64,000 nt of DNA from an uncultured Chthonomonadaceae bacterium (lineage in GTDB: Bacteria; Armatimonadota; Chthonomonadetes; Chthonomonadales; Chthonomonadaceae). Position 1 is the first letter of the stretch; each line of letters begins with the position of its first letter. The position numbers and the translations under genes were made by a program. The notes under the pieces were generated by a model, which was not told the DNA's origin, made no database searches, and saw only the letters and a program-made list of their open reading frames with translations. This document shows, piece by piece, positions 36,188 through 47,182 of the stretch. The stretch lies in NCBI GenBank assembly GCA_963835065.1, contig CAWIEK010000049.1, positions 416,001 to 480,000 on the forward strand. The letters run 5' to 3'.

Positions 36188-38014
36188 GTGGCGGAACCGG
36201 AACCGAATTGGCGCAGCAAATGGGACGAAGACTGTCCTCTCACCATCGGCGTAGCCTTGCAGAATTGGGAACAGTGGTCGGATACTGCCCTGCGCGACGA
36301 ACTGAAGCGCATCCGCGATACCGGCTTTACGGCAGTGCGCGTACACTTTGACCGCGACAACGACATTGAAAAAATGGCGGGCATGTTGAACTGGCGTAAT
36401 CCCGACCGCTTTTTTGATGCCGCAGAACAAGCCGGATTAAAAGTCTGGTGCGCGCCGGGCAATCTGCCGCATCGAAGTTTAGATCCGCGCCAAAGTTTAG
36501 ACATATCTTCTGATATTGAAAATTGGGAAGACAGCGCGTTGGCGGATACTGTTCGATGGATACAGCGTTTTTGTCGCCAGTATCGCAGCCATCCGGCACT
36601 GTTGGCATGGCTAATGCAATTGGACTCGTACTTCTGGTACGATGTCGGCAATGAGGAGATTAGCAAAGAGATACTGGATCAATGGCGGCTGTTACTGCGC
36701 GCCTTTCAGGACGCAACTCCTGAACATCCCGTTCTCACATTGCATCCCTATTTTCCAGATGAACCCCGTCTATTTGTGACAGAGGGTATCGGCATGGCCG
36801 ATTCCTCTGCGCTTTTCGGCATCCCCAGCCTCTTTCCTGAAAGAGGCACTCCGTTCTACATAGAATGGGACCGTTCCTTCTATGCTACTTCCCAACAGTC
36901 TACCGATATTGCCGCTTCAACCTTTTCCGTTCTCTATAACATCGAGGGCGGCTCCACAAATGACCTGATGCAGCCATTTACCATGACAAGCGGTAAAATG
37001 CAGCGCATTTTGCTGATTGCGCTGGCAGCAGGCTTCAAATCGGTTGTGTTCGACAAGTGGAAGCCGAATACAAACACAAATCATGTGGGCCAGAGCGGGT
37101 TCGTGGACTGGCTGGATCGCGTCACCCCTGCGGCACAAGCCGCAGGCCATATCGCGCTTCTGGCAGAGCATTACCATCAGGAGCTATGGCATTTACGCGC
37201 CGCGTCCCATGTGCATATTCTTCTCACGCCAGGTTCAGAATATGAACTTCGGATTGGCGCAACGCAGGCATTGCTTAATGCCAATGTGCCCTTTGCCTTC
37301 GTTACGGAGTCGTCACTGATGAACGACACGTCGCCTCTGGCTCCCGTTTTGTTTCTGCCCGGTTCCGAAAGTATTTCCGAAACGCTGTTGGCAAAGTTAA
37401 AGACTCTCGTTGAAAACGGAACGCGCCTTGTCACCGAAGTTCCCACAGGCTATTTCAATGACCGGGAAGAATTGCTCAACACACGCCCCGGCTCGCCCTT
37501 CGAGCAACTATTCGGGGTAGGTATTGCAGGTATGTTTTATGGGGAACCACCCAATCCCAAAGACACTCGCGTTTCAAGTCAGTTACGCGCTCAGATTGTC
37601 ACGACAACAGCAAGGGCAGGCGGAGGAAGCGGCGAAGTTCCCGCCTTCACCGAAAACCGCGTCGGTAAGGGGCGCGCGCTCCTGATAAACCTTCCGCTTT
37701 CTCGAATAATCTACTACGATAACCTGCCCAACGCGCAATTAAGCCTGCTATCCTACATTTTGGGCAGCAGGCAAACCGAGCTGCCGGGACTGACCGGCTG
37801 TTTGCAGTTCCGCCGCCAAAGCCAGAACGCCGAACACATATTCCTCCTCAACGACAGCGCTCAGGAGCGTACCGTTTCCGTTTCTGTCGCCCCGTCGTTC
37901 CCAAACGTCACGGATGTTCTTGCCGACACAACGTTAGCCGTTACCGAAGGAAACGTTAGCGTCACCGTTCCCGCCGGTTCAGGCGTCTGGCTTCGCCTGT
38001 CTGCATCCGGCTAA
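36188..38014 (+). CDS. GH42-like beta-galactosidase with trimerisation domain
   Basis: GFTAVR, FFDAAEQAGLKV, YRSHPALLAW; C-terminal LFLPG...ENRVGKGRA. Confidence 0.65.
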   Translation: MAEPEPNWRSKWDEDCPLTIGVALQNWEQWSDTALRDELKRIRDTGFTAVRVHFDRDNDIEKMAGMLNWRNPDRFFDAAEQAGLKVWCAPGNLPHRSLDPRQSLDISSDIENWEDSALADTVRWIQRFCRQYRSHPALLAWLMQLDSYFWYDVGNEEISKEILDQWRLLLRAFQDATPEHPVLTLHPYFPDEPRLFVTEGIGMADSSALFGIPSLFPERGTPFYIEWDRSFYATSQQSTDIAASTFSVLYNIEGGSTNDLMQPFTMTSGKMQRILLIALAAGFKSVVFDKWKPNTNTNHVGQSGFVDWLDRVTPAAQAAGHIALLAEHYHQELWHLRAASHVHILLTPGSEYELRIGATQALLNANVPFAFVTESSLMNDTSPLAPVLFLPGSESISETLLAKLKTLVENGTRLVTEVPTGYFNDREELLNTRPGSPFEQLFGVGIAGMFYGEPPNPKDTRVSSQLRAQIVTTTARAGGGSGEVPAFTENRVGKGRALLINLPLSRIIYYDNLPNAQLSLLSYILGSRQTELPGLTGCLQFRRQSQNAEHIFLLNDSAQERTVSVSVAPSFPNVTDVLADTTLAVTEGNVSVTVPAGSGVWLRLSASG

Positions 38015-38039
38015 TACTCCGTCAAGAATGAACGATCCG

Positions 38040-38137
38040 GTAGGGGCGCTGCTAGCTGCGCCTTCGTTTGAGGAGTTGCGTCCTCGTTTGAACGAGGCGG
38101 CAGGATATGAGGAGGGTTCAGCAAGCAGAACACCTAC
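38040..38137. repeat. Degenerate GTAG-type REP pair (REPIN-like)
   Basis: GTAGGGGCGCTGCTAGCTGCGCC ... GGGTTCAGCAAGCAGAACACCTAC. Confidence 0.6.
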
Positions 38138-38181
38138 AAAGCACTCTGTTTCGCGTTACTTCCAAGTTCGAGGAGAAGATC

Positions 38182-38949
38182 ATGTTTGGGTTACGCTATA
38201 TTCCTCTGATGCTTGTTATTGCCCTGTGCAGCGCGTGTGCGCCCGTGCTTGCGCAAGGCGACATGCCGGTCACTTCGGCTACGCCTGCGCCCAAAACCGC
38301 GCCGCAGAACGACGAGTACGCGGTCCGCCACCGGTCTCTTCCCACCCTATATATGCAGGAAGCGTTTTCCAAAAACAACGCCGCCCTGCTGCTGCATCGA
38401 GCGGATGTGCGGCGTGAACTGCGCATCACAGACAAGCAGAACACGGCGATAAGTCCGCTATTGGACAATGCTTTTCAGGGAGCGCTCAATCAGGACGGGC
38501 TGGATCAGCTAATGAAAATCCTGTCGCCCAAACAGATGCAGCGGCTTCAGGAGTTGGATTCACAATGGCGCGGCCTGTTCCTCCTGTACAACCCCGATGT
38601 CGCAAAACAGTTTGCAATTACCGACGCCCAAAACATGGAATTTGCGCGTATCTATACCCAACTGACAACGAGCATTCGGGAGGAGATCGGAGGGCTTCGC
38701 AAAATAGCCCAGGTCTACGACGAAAAATATCCGCGTCAACAAGGCCCCATTCCCTCCGACGCCAAAGCGCGGATGCAGCAGGAAATCGCGGCGGAGGAAG
38801 GGAAGGTGTCGCAGCAAATAACTTCCGACATCGTAAAGGCGGAAAACCAACTCCTGCCGCTTCTCACGGCACCACAGAAGAAACAATGGAAAAGCCTGCT
38901 CGGTAAACCGTTCGTGTTCAAGGTACGCGACACCAAGAGACTGTCTTAG
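38182..38949 (+). CDS. Secreted helical protein with LTxxQ-like repeats
   Basis: Signal peptide; ITDKQ, LSPKQ, ITDAQ and LTAPQ...WKSLLGKPF. Confidence 0.7.
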   Translation: MFGLRYIPLMLVIALCSACAPVLAQGDMPVTSATPAPKTAPQNDEYAVRHRSLPTLYMQEAFSKNNAALLLHRADVRRELRITDKQNTAISPLLDNAFQGALNQDGLDQLMKILSPKQMQRLQELDSQWRGLFLLYNPDVAKQFAITDAQNMEFARIYTQLTTSIREEIGGLRKIAQVYDEKYPRQQGPIPSDAKARMQQEIAAEEGKVSQQITSDIVKAENQLLPLLTAPQKKQWKSLLGKPFVFKVRDTKRLS

Positions 38950-39074
38950 ATTTGAAATTTACCCCAAGTAAGGCAGGAGTTGCCGGTAATTATACCGAAT
39001 AAACGCTATAAGTCATCGTTCATCTACAGTGAGAACCGTTGAAGCCAATACGGATAAGTTAGAAAGCAACGCCC

Positions 39075-41777
39075 ATGCGAAGTCGAAGTCTTCAAATCGT
39101 TATCATCGTAATAGCCTGCTGTTTCACCATGCAGTCGCTTGTTGTTGGGCAGAATACCGCGCAGCAACCACACCAACAAGATGCAGCGAAACTACTAAAA
39201 GATATGAAGTCAAGAGACAATAACATTCGCAGCAATGCTGCTCTTGCATTGGAAGAACTGGATTTTCCTATTTCCTCTTCCATCCCGGCTCTTGTTGAAG
39301 CACTCAAGGATAAAGATACGGGAGTACGTCGAGTTACCGCTATCACTCTCGGCAAGATGGGAACATCCGCTGCTTCTGCTGCTCCTGCTCTGATTGAAGC
39401 ACTTAAGGATAAAGACACGAATGTTCGTTAGTTTTCTCCTCTGCCGCCTATGCCCTGAAGTCACATTAGGGCTCCGTTCGCATCTGTTATTCCTTGCATC
39501 ATAGAGTTCTCAAAGACAGCAACAGCAAAGTTCGTAAATTTCCGCAATACTGCTCTTGGATTTTACGGTACTCTTTCCGAACGTGTGGTTCCTATGCTTA
39601 TTAACTCCCTAAAGGACACGGATAATGAAGTTCGCGTTGCTTCTGTTTACGCACTGGCAAGAATTGGTAGCCGCGCTTCCTCAGCTATTCCTGCTCTAAT
39701 AGAGACGCTCAAGGACAGTGATATAAGCGTCCGCGATAGTGTCATCAACGCACTAGGAAATATAGGAAGTGACAATTTGATTGTCATCCCTCCGCTCCTT
39801 GAAGTGTTTACTGACAAGAATGGTGGTTTTCGTATTTCTTCCGCCGGAGTGTTAGCGCAGGTAGCGAATAGCATTGGAAACAAATCTAGCACCCTGTCTA
39901 TTACCAGCTTAGACGAAGCCATTAGGAGCCTACAATCGGTTCTAATTACACTAGAAGCATATCACGATACCACGTCAGAAAGTGCGTTAACTCTACAAGC
40001 AGACGTTGACACCATCAAGGGAGCCATTCATACTCTTCAAAGAGAGCAGCAATTCCGTACCCGCGAACGCATGGAAGACTGGGTATCACACAACAAGATT
40101 CTCGCTGGAATAGCAGCGTATCTCCTTCTTGTATTCAGTGTGAATGGGCTGCTACTGTGGGTACTGCCTATCTGGTTGCTGTATATCAACGAGCGGTGCA
40201 AGCCGGTGCCTGATGCCGGATTGCTCGCGCCTCTCAACGGGATTAAACTACCGGTAGGCTGGTTGCTTGGCTTCGGCTTGTTGCAGTCCAACAAGCGCGT
40301 ACTGGACGCATGGGTGAAGAAATACGCTGCGACGGCCTATGATCAACTGCGCAATCAAGAGACGTTCAAACAGCGTGAAGTATACGTGGAGTTACCTGCC
40401 CTGCTGAATGAAGCGAAGTCAAGTATAACGCCCATCACATTACAGCCACTATTCAAGGGCAATAGCGCGGCTTTGCTGCTTTGGGGCGAAGGCGGAAGCG
40501 GTAAGACTACGCTCACCTGTCAGATGGCACTGTGGGCATTGGCAGAAAATCCAAGTGGGCGATTGTGCGAAACGCATCGCATGTTGCCCGTCTTCATCGA
40601 GGCGAACTTGACAGCGGATAGTCTCAAAGGCGATGCGTTGCTGCTGAATGTCATTGGGAGGTACGTTCAGCAACTTAAGGGCGAGGCCAAGCCTCCCTCG
40701 GATGACCTGCTGCGGAACCTGCTGGAAAAGAAGCGTCTGCTACTTATTGTGGATGGCCTTTCCGAATTGGACAAGCCGACCCGCGACCTCTTTCTCTCTG
40801 ATGGCGTCGCGCTTCCCATCAACGCGCTCATCGTAACCTCCCGCGCTAAAGAGAAGGTTCCTACAACAAAATCGGCAATTCTCCAGACACGTTTAGTAGG
40901 CTTCGATCAAGTAGCAGGCTTCCTGCAAAAGTACCTTACACAGTGCGGCAAGCCCGATCTCTTCACGGACAGTCAACTTTCCGCTGATCTTGCGCAATTC
41001 TATCATCTGGTGGGGCAGCGCGAAATCACCGTTCTGCTGGCGCGTCTCTACGTGGATTATCTCATAGACGCAAAGGAAAACCCCCACAACCAACGCCTGC
41101 ACAACGTTCCCGAATTGATGGATGCTTACCTGAACGAATTGTGCCGCAAGGTGGACATCGCGCCGTACCAATTGCATGAGGTACACGAGATGGCGCGTCT
41201 TATCGCGTGGGAGTCCGTGCAAACGACCTTGACGCCTGCGGAAGCAAGGTACACCTATGTAGAGAAGGCGCTTGCCGCGCCGCGCCCGGATGGCGCGGCG
41301 ACTCTCTATCAGAGTGCCCCACGCGCCGCCATTGCCTTTTTTGTGGACACGCTGCACCTGCTACAAAAGCGGGGAATGAAGGAGGAGCGTACCGCATCCG
41401 CGCTCAATCTGACCGAGGATCGCCTCAAATTCGCCCTTGATCCGCCCTCCGAATACCTTGCGGCGCGGCATCTTGTCGTCAGCCTCTACCGCGAAGACCA
41501 ATCTTGTTGGGACGCTCGGCTCGATGACGCCGGAGCAAAGTGGAAGGCAGGACAGCCCGTTTCCGGCTTTGTCCTCGCCCTATACGATACTTGGAACGCT
41601 TTCGGCAAGGACGGCAACGTCAAGAAGTATGTACTGTCGGAGATGCAGAAGCGGTTCGATTTTATCAGTCCCGCCGCCTCAACGGCGTCGCCCCACAACC
41701 ACAAAATCCGCCCGATCTACCTGCTACCGCTGTGGTCAGTGCCGTTGCTCCGCAGAAGGTTTGATTCCGTGCAGTAA
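39075..41777 (+). CDS. Signal peptide + HEAT repeats + TM + NACHT NTPase (frame broken at ~39430-39585)
   Basis: Repeated IPALIEALKDxDxxVR in both fragments; TM; Walker A GEGGSGKT; Walker B LLIVDGLSE. Confidence 0.75.
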
Positions 41778-41839
41778 GCGTACCGTCTCAATCGCTCTGA
41801 GGAACGGCAAAACTGATTTCTACTTCTGCGCCGGACAAA

Positions 41840-43039
41840 TCACTGCCGTTGCGCCATTGGATGCCGCCGCACAATGCGCCACTGAATGCCGCCGCACAGG
41901 TCATGCCGCGTCAGGGTTTCGATCAGCGTGGTTCCTAAATTGCCGTGCGTGGCAACGGCAAAATTCGGCGGCAGGCCGGGGCCGTCGTCACATACCTGCA
42001 ATACGCAGCGCTCGTCCTGAACCCGGAACGTCACCCGTATCTGTTTCGCGCCGTGTTTGCCCGCGTTCAGCACCAGTTCGTTGGTAATCAGCGCGATTGA
42101 AGTGGCTTCCTTCACCGGCAGGTCTATCGCGTCCGCAGCCACTTCCGCCTTCAACTCCTTGCCCGACGCCGCCAGCGTCACCAGTTTTTGCAGCATCGGC
42201 TGAATGGCGACCCGGTTGGCCTGATGCTCGTGGCTCAGAAAGTCATGCACGGCGGCAACCGTTCGCACCTGCTGATAAATATCGTCCAGCACCCGGCCCG
42301 GTATCTGTTCCCCATGTTCCTGCCGGTTCATATCAATCAACGCGCCGATGGTTTGCAGGTTGTTCTTGACGCGGTGGTTCGTCTCTTTCACGGCCACTTC
42401 CAGACGCTCCGCGTTGTGCGAGGCTTCTCCCAACGCCCGGTGCAGCGCGACCACGTTCCGCCACGCCATCAGACCCAACAACACGCACACCACGCCCAAA
42501 CCGCCCATCGTTTCCAGCGCCCCCTGCTCCCACTCGCGCACCTGCTTGCTCAACCCGCTCGTTTGCCGCTTGATGTCGGCGCTTGCCGCGTCCATTTCCG
42601 CCAATCCCTGCTCAAACAGGGCTTCGCCGGGCAAGCTGCTGTCCATCGCCGTGTCCTGAATCAGCTTGTCGCCATACACGGCAAGCCATTGCTGCATCTT
42701 GCCCACGCCCGTCTGCCAGTCGGCAACCGCCTGCCCCGTCAATGCCCGCCGCGAAACTCCCTGCGCCGCCGTCTGCCATTCCTGCTTATGGGTTTTATAC
42801 AACTCGGCTCTGGCTTTGTCCAGCGTAAAGGAATAGGTGTAGATGTCATTGCGCAGGCGATGCGTGGCGGCAATGGTTTCATCAATACGCTCGTGCGCGG
42901 GGATCAATTGGGTTTCGATGTGGGTGTGGATCGCTTCCATCTTCCACTGACTCCACACAGGAACCATCAGCAGCAGCAGCAATCCCAACAGCGTCGGCAT
43001 AACCGCGCCGACAATGGCGCGAGAAGAGGTTGGTTTCAT
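41840..43039 (-). CDS. Membrane sensor histidine kinase (HisKA_2/HWE-like)
   Basis: Two TM segments; ETNHRVKNNLQ, NELVLNAGKH, DDGPG. Confidence 0.9.
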   Translation of the reverse strand: MKPTSSRAIVGAVMPTLLGLLLLLMVPVWSQWKMEAIHTHIETQLIPAHERIDETIAATHRLRNDIYTYSFTLDKARAELYKTHKQEWQTAAQGVSRRALTGQAVADWQTGVGKMQQWLAVYGDKLIQDTAMDSSLPGEALFEQGLAEMDAASADIKRQTSGLSKQVREWEQGALETMGGLGVVCVLLGLMAWRNVVALHRALGEASHNAERLEVAVKETNHRVKNNLQTIGALIDMNRQEHGEQIPGRVLDDIYQQVRTVAAVHDFLSHEHQANRVAIQPMLQKLVTLAASGKELKAEVAADAIDLPVKEATSIALITNELVLNAGKHGAKQIRVTFRVQDERCVLQVCDDGPGLPPNFAVATHGNLGTTLIETLTRHDLCGGIQWRIVRRHPMAQRQ

Positions 43040-43318
43040 CAAATTTACAGCCCCACTCTGCGCGTACTTTGCAGAAAGCTACACGTTCAAGGGAAGATAC
43101 ATCAAATTATTTTGAAAATAAGCGCGTTTGAGCCACTTTCCGACCTTTTAAGATGTAGACAAGTATGAATATAAAACGAAGGAGGAAATTTCCTACAGCC
43201 AAAAACTCGCTTGCTTCATTGACGACGCACAGCAACAATACGTTCGCAAGCAGGTAAATAATTTTCGCAGGCGGATGCGCGATTAAGCCGGACGCTGCTT
43301 AAAGAAAAGCGATTTCTA

Positions 43319-43374
43319 TTGACTTCAAACTTCGCGCAAGGTATACTAAACTATATCCGACTACTTTAGTCGGA
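43319..43374 (+). promoter_or_regulatory. suf promoter with IscR type-1-like operator
   Basis: TTGACT(43319)-N17-TATACT(43342); palindrome TCCGACTA-CTT-TAGTCGGA at 43356-43374. Confidence 0.8.
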
Positions 43375-43393
43375 AACAGTTCTGCGGGAGCCA

Positions 43394-43873
43394 ATGTTCA
43401 GGATGTTAAGCATCAGCAAGAAAACCGATTACGCTTTGATGGCGCTTTCCCACCTGACGCGCATCGAACCCGGACGTTCCGCCAACACCAAAGAGATCGC
43501 GGAGCAGTACAACATTCCTGTCGAATTGCTTGCCAAAATCCTGCAAAAACTGGCGAAGGCGAAACTCGTCGTTTCCACTGCCGGCCCGACCGGGGGCTAC
43601 AAACTGGCGCGTCCCGCTGTGGAAATCAGCGTTGGCGCGATTATTGCCGTTGTAGATGGCCCTCCCGCAATCGTACAATGTATGAAAGCAACCGCCAACG
43701 GCTGCGAACAGCACACAAAATGCACCATCCGCAAGCCGCTGGAACGCATCAACGCCCGCATTTTGCAGATGCTCAGTCTGATTTCCCTCGCCGAAATCAG
43801 CAGCGACGACACAAGCGTAACCTCATTCCCACTGGTCGCCCAACTCGGCCCTGCCGAACGCCGCGCCCATTGA
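43394..43873 (+). CDS. Rrf2-family (IscR-like) regulator of the suf operon
   Basis: DYALMAL, GPTGGYKLARP and three Cys (C-x6-C-x5-C). Confidence 0.92.
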   Translation: MFRMLSISKKTDYALMALSHLTRIEPGRSANTKEIAEQYNIPVELLAKILQKLAKAKLVVSTAGPTGGYKLARPAVEISVGAIIAVVDGPPAIVQCMKATANGCEQHTKCTIRKPLERINARILQMLSLISLAEISSDDTSVTSFPLVAQLGPAERRAH

Positions 43874-44004
43874 GAATTTACGATTTTCGATTTTCGATTG
43901 TGGATTGCAGATTTAGATTTGACGCTTGTACAGGAACATGATGTGAAGAGGCGAATGACTTTTCCCTTTTCCCTTTTTCCTTTTCCCTTGCATGAGGATA
44001 CGCA

Positions 44005-45453
44005 ATGACGACCTTAGAAACCATGGACCCGATACAGGCTTCCATCAGCCAGGATTACAAATACGGGTTTAGCTCCGACATCGAATCCGAATCCATTCCC
44101 AAAGGACTGAGCGAAGACGTGATTCGGCTCATCTCTTCCAAAAAGAGCGAACCGGAATGGCTGCTGGAATGGCGGCTCAAAGCCTATCGCCACTGGCTGA
44201 CGATGGAAGACCCGCTCTGGCATAACGTCAAAATCGCGCCCGTAGACTATCAGGAAATCATCTACTACAGCGCTCCCAAGCCCAAAAAAGTCCTGAACAG
44301 TCTGGACGAGGTAGACCCGGAACTGCTGGAAACCTTTGAGAAATTGGGCATTTCGCTGACCGAACAAAAGCGGCTGACGGGCGTTGCCGTAGACGCCGTT
44401 TTCGACAGCGTTTCCGTAGCCACAACGTTCAAGGAAAAGCTGTACGACATGGGCATTATCTTCTGCTCATTCAGCGAGGCCGTCCAGAACCACCCGGAAC
44501 TGGTGCGCGAATACCTGGGTTCCGTCGTGCCCTATTCCGACAACTTTTTCGCGACCCTGAATTCCGCCGTGTTCAGCGACGGCTCGTTCTGCTACATTCC
44601 CAAAGGCGTTCGCTGCCCGATGGAATTGTCCACGTACTTCCGCATCAACGCCGCGAATACGGGACAGTTCGAGCGGACGCTGCTGATTGCGGATGAAGGC
44701 GCTTACGTGTCCTATCTGGAAGGCTGCACCGCGCCCATGCGCGACGAAAACCAACTCCACGCGGCTGTCGTGGAACTGGTTGCCCTCAAGGGAGCGACCA
44801 TCAAGTACAGCACCGTGCAGAACTGGTATCCCGGCGACAAAAACGGCAAGGGCGGCATCTACAACTTCGTCACCAAGCGCGGCAAAGCCTTCGAGAACGC
44901 CAAACTGACGTGGACGCAGGTGGAAACCGGCTCGGCAATCACGTGGAAATACCCAAGCTGCATCCTGCTTGGCGACAACGCGGTGGGCGAGTTCTACAGC
45001 GTCGCGCTGACCAACAACTATCAGCAGGCCGATACCGGCACAAAGATGATCCATATCGGCAAGAACACGCGCAGCACCATTGTCAGCAAGGGCATTTCGG
45101 CGGGCCGGGGCCAGAACACCTATCGCGGCCTTGTCAAAATCAATGCCGGCGCGGAAAACGCCCGCAACTACTCGCAATGCGACAGCCTGCTGATGGGCGA
45201 CCGGTGCGGGGCGCATACCTTCCCGTACATCGAAGTGAAGAACCCTACCGCGCAGGTGGAACACGAGGCGTCCACGTCCAAAATCGGCGAGGACCAGATT
45301 TTCTACTGCAACCAGCGCGGCATCTCGACGGAAGACGCGGTCAACATGATTGTCAACGGCTTCTGCAAGGAAGTGTTCCGCGAACTGCCGATGGAATTCG
45401 CCGTAGAAGCGCAAAAACTGTTAGGCATCAGTCTGGAAGGCAGCGTAGGATAG
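44005..45453 (+). CDS. sufB: Fe-S cluster assembly protein SufB
   Basis: [36 protein letters not shown]. Confidence 0.97.
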   Translation: MTTLETMDPIQASISQDYKYGFSSDIESESIPKGLSEDVIRLISSKKSEPEWLLEWRLKAYRHWLTMEDPLWHNVKIAPVDYQEIIYYSAPKPKKVLNSLDEVDPELLETFEKLGISLTEQKRLTGVAVDAVFDSVSVATTFKEKLYDMGIIFCSFSEAVQNHPELVREYLGSVVPYSDNFFATLNSAVFSDGSFCYIPKGVRCPMELSTYFRINAANTGQFERTLLIADEGAYVSYLEGCTAPMRDENQLHAAVVELVALKGATIKYSTVQNWYPGDKNGKGGIYNFVTKRGKAFENAKLTWTQVETGSAITWKYPSCILLGDNAVGEFYSVALTNNYQQADTGTKMIHIGKNTRSTIVSKGISAGRGQNTYRGLVKINAGAENARNYSQCDSLLMGDRCGAHTFPYIEVKNPTAQVEHEASTSKIGEDQIFYCNQRGISTEDAVNMIVNGFCKEVFRELPMEFAVEAQKLLGISLEGSVG

Positions 45454-45580
45454 GTATTCAGGTGTTCAGGTGTTCAGGTGTTCGGAGGGGTGATATAGCA
45501 ACAATTTATACAAAAGCAGGAATCTTCCTGAACACCCGAATACCTGAATACCTGAACACCTGCATTGTGTGGAGGGCGAC

Positions 45581-46300
45581 ATGACAACAACCGTTCCGGC
45601 GAAAACCGCTGCCGTTCCCAAAGAACCTTTCTACCCTGTCAGTGATGGAGAACCGATGGCTGAAACCAATTTACATTGGGATGTTACCGTCTATGCCACC
45701 GAAGCCTTACGAGAGCGTTACAAGGATCGTAATGACGTTTATGTCGCCAGTGACAACTTTCTCTATTATGAGAAGAACATTCCCAGTTCCGTTGTATCGC
45801 CGGACTGTTACGTCGTTTTCGGCGTTCCTTCCAGCCTGCGCGACTCGTACAAAACATGGGAAGAGGGTGGTCGCCTCCCTTCGGTGGTGATTGAAATCAC
45901 TTCCAAAAAAACACGCAAAGAAGATACCGGGCGCAAGCTGCAAACGTATCAAAACTTGCGCGTTGCCGAATACTTTTTGTTTGATCCCACTGCCGATTAT
46001 ATTAACGCGCGTCTGAGCGGTTACCGATTGGGAGCGCAGGGTTACGAACTGATGCAGCCGGATGATTGGGGCAGGCTGACAAGTCAGGAACTTGGCCTGC
46101 AATTGATGGCGGAAGGCAACCGTCTGCGTTACTATGACCCAATAACACGCGAAAAACTGCTTACAGATCAGGAAGTGCGGGAACTTGCCAGGCAGGAAGC
46201 GCAACGCGCCGAACAAGAAGCAAAACGCGCCGACACCGCCGAAGCCGAAATCGCGCGTCTTCGGGCGGAACTTGCCGCGCTGCAAACGAACAAAGCCTGA
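45581..46300 (+). CDS. Uma2/DUF820 family endonuclease-fold protein
   Basis: SDGEPMAET, SPD, VIEITS, EYFLFDP; coiled-coil tail. Confidence 0.9.
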   Translation: MTTTVPAKTAAVPKEPFYPVSDGEPMAETNLHWDVTVYATEALRERYKDRNDVYVASDNFLYYEKNIPSSVVSPDCYVVFGVPSSLRDSYKTWEEGGRLPSVVIEITSKKTRKEDTGRKLQTYQNLRVAEYFLFDPTADYINARLSGYRLGAQGYELMQPDDWGRLTSQELGLQLMAEGNRLRYYDPITREKLLTDQEVRELARQEAQRAEQEAKRADTAEAEIARLRAELAALQTNKA

Positions 46301-46381
46301 TGGGGCAAAACTGAATTTTGTGTTCCATGTACTTTGACAACGGATATTGTAACGTACATTGGCAACTGAGGATGAGAACTT

Positions 46382-47168
46382 ATGACGATGCTGGAAATCC
46401 GCAACCTCAAGGCGAGGGCGGGCGACAAAGAAATTTTGAAGGGCATTGACCTGACCGTGAACGCGGGCGAGGTGCATGCCATCATGGGCCTGAACGGTTC
46501 GGGCAAAAGTACGCTGGCGAGTGTGCTTGCCGGCAAAAGCGCGTATACGGTTACGGATGGCGAAGCGCGGTTTGAAGGACAGGACTTGCTGGAAATGGAC
46601 CCGGAAGACCGGGCGCGGGCGGGCGTGTTTCTCGCCTTTCAGTATCCTGTGGAACTGCCGGGCGTCAACAACACCTATTTCCTCAAGGCCGCTTTGAACT
46701 CCATACGCAAGGAGCGCGGCGAGGAAGAACTCGACGCGATGGACTTCATGAAGCTGGTCAAGCAAAAACTGAAAGTGCTGGACATTGACCAGAGTTTGCT
46801 TCAGCGTCCCGGTTAATGAAGGTTTTTCGGGTGGCGAAAAGAAGCGCAACGAGATTTTCCAGATGGCGGTTCTCGATCCCAAACTGGCGATTCTGGACGA
46901 AACCGATTCCGGGCTGGACATTGACGCCCTGCGCGCGGTTGGCGAAGGCGTGACCAAATTGAAGTCGCCGGAACGCGCCGTTGTCGTGATTACGCACTAT
47001 CAGCGCCTGCTCAACTACATCGCGCCCGACTTCGTGCATGTCCTGATGGATGGCCGCATTGTCCGTTCGGGCGGGCCGGATTTGGCGCTGCGGCTGGAAC
47101 ACGAGGGCTACGCCTGGCTGGAAGACGAGATCAAGCGCGAGTCGCCCCTGGCCGGCGTGGGAGCGTAG
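46382..47168 (+). CDS. sufC: SufC ATPase (frameshift at ~46810)
   Basis: GLNGSGKST in the first frame; [14 protein letters not shown] and LDETDSGLD in the second; extra base in CGTCCCGGTTAAT. Confidence 0.93.
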
Positions 47169-47182
47169 GAGAAGAAAATATC

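Noticed and set aside
41849..41898. 25-bp imperfect tandem duplication at the histidine kinase 3' end
   Set aside because: Only two units; it may be a local duplication or assembly artefact affecting the tail, with no evidence of function.
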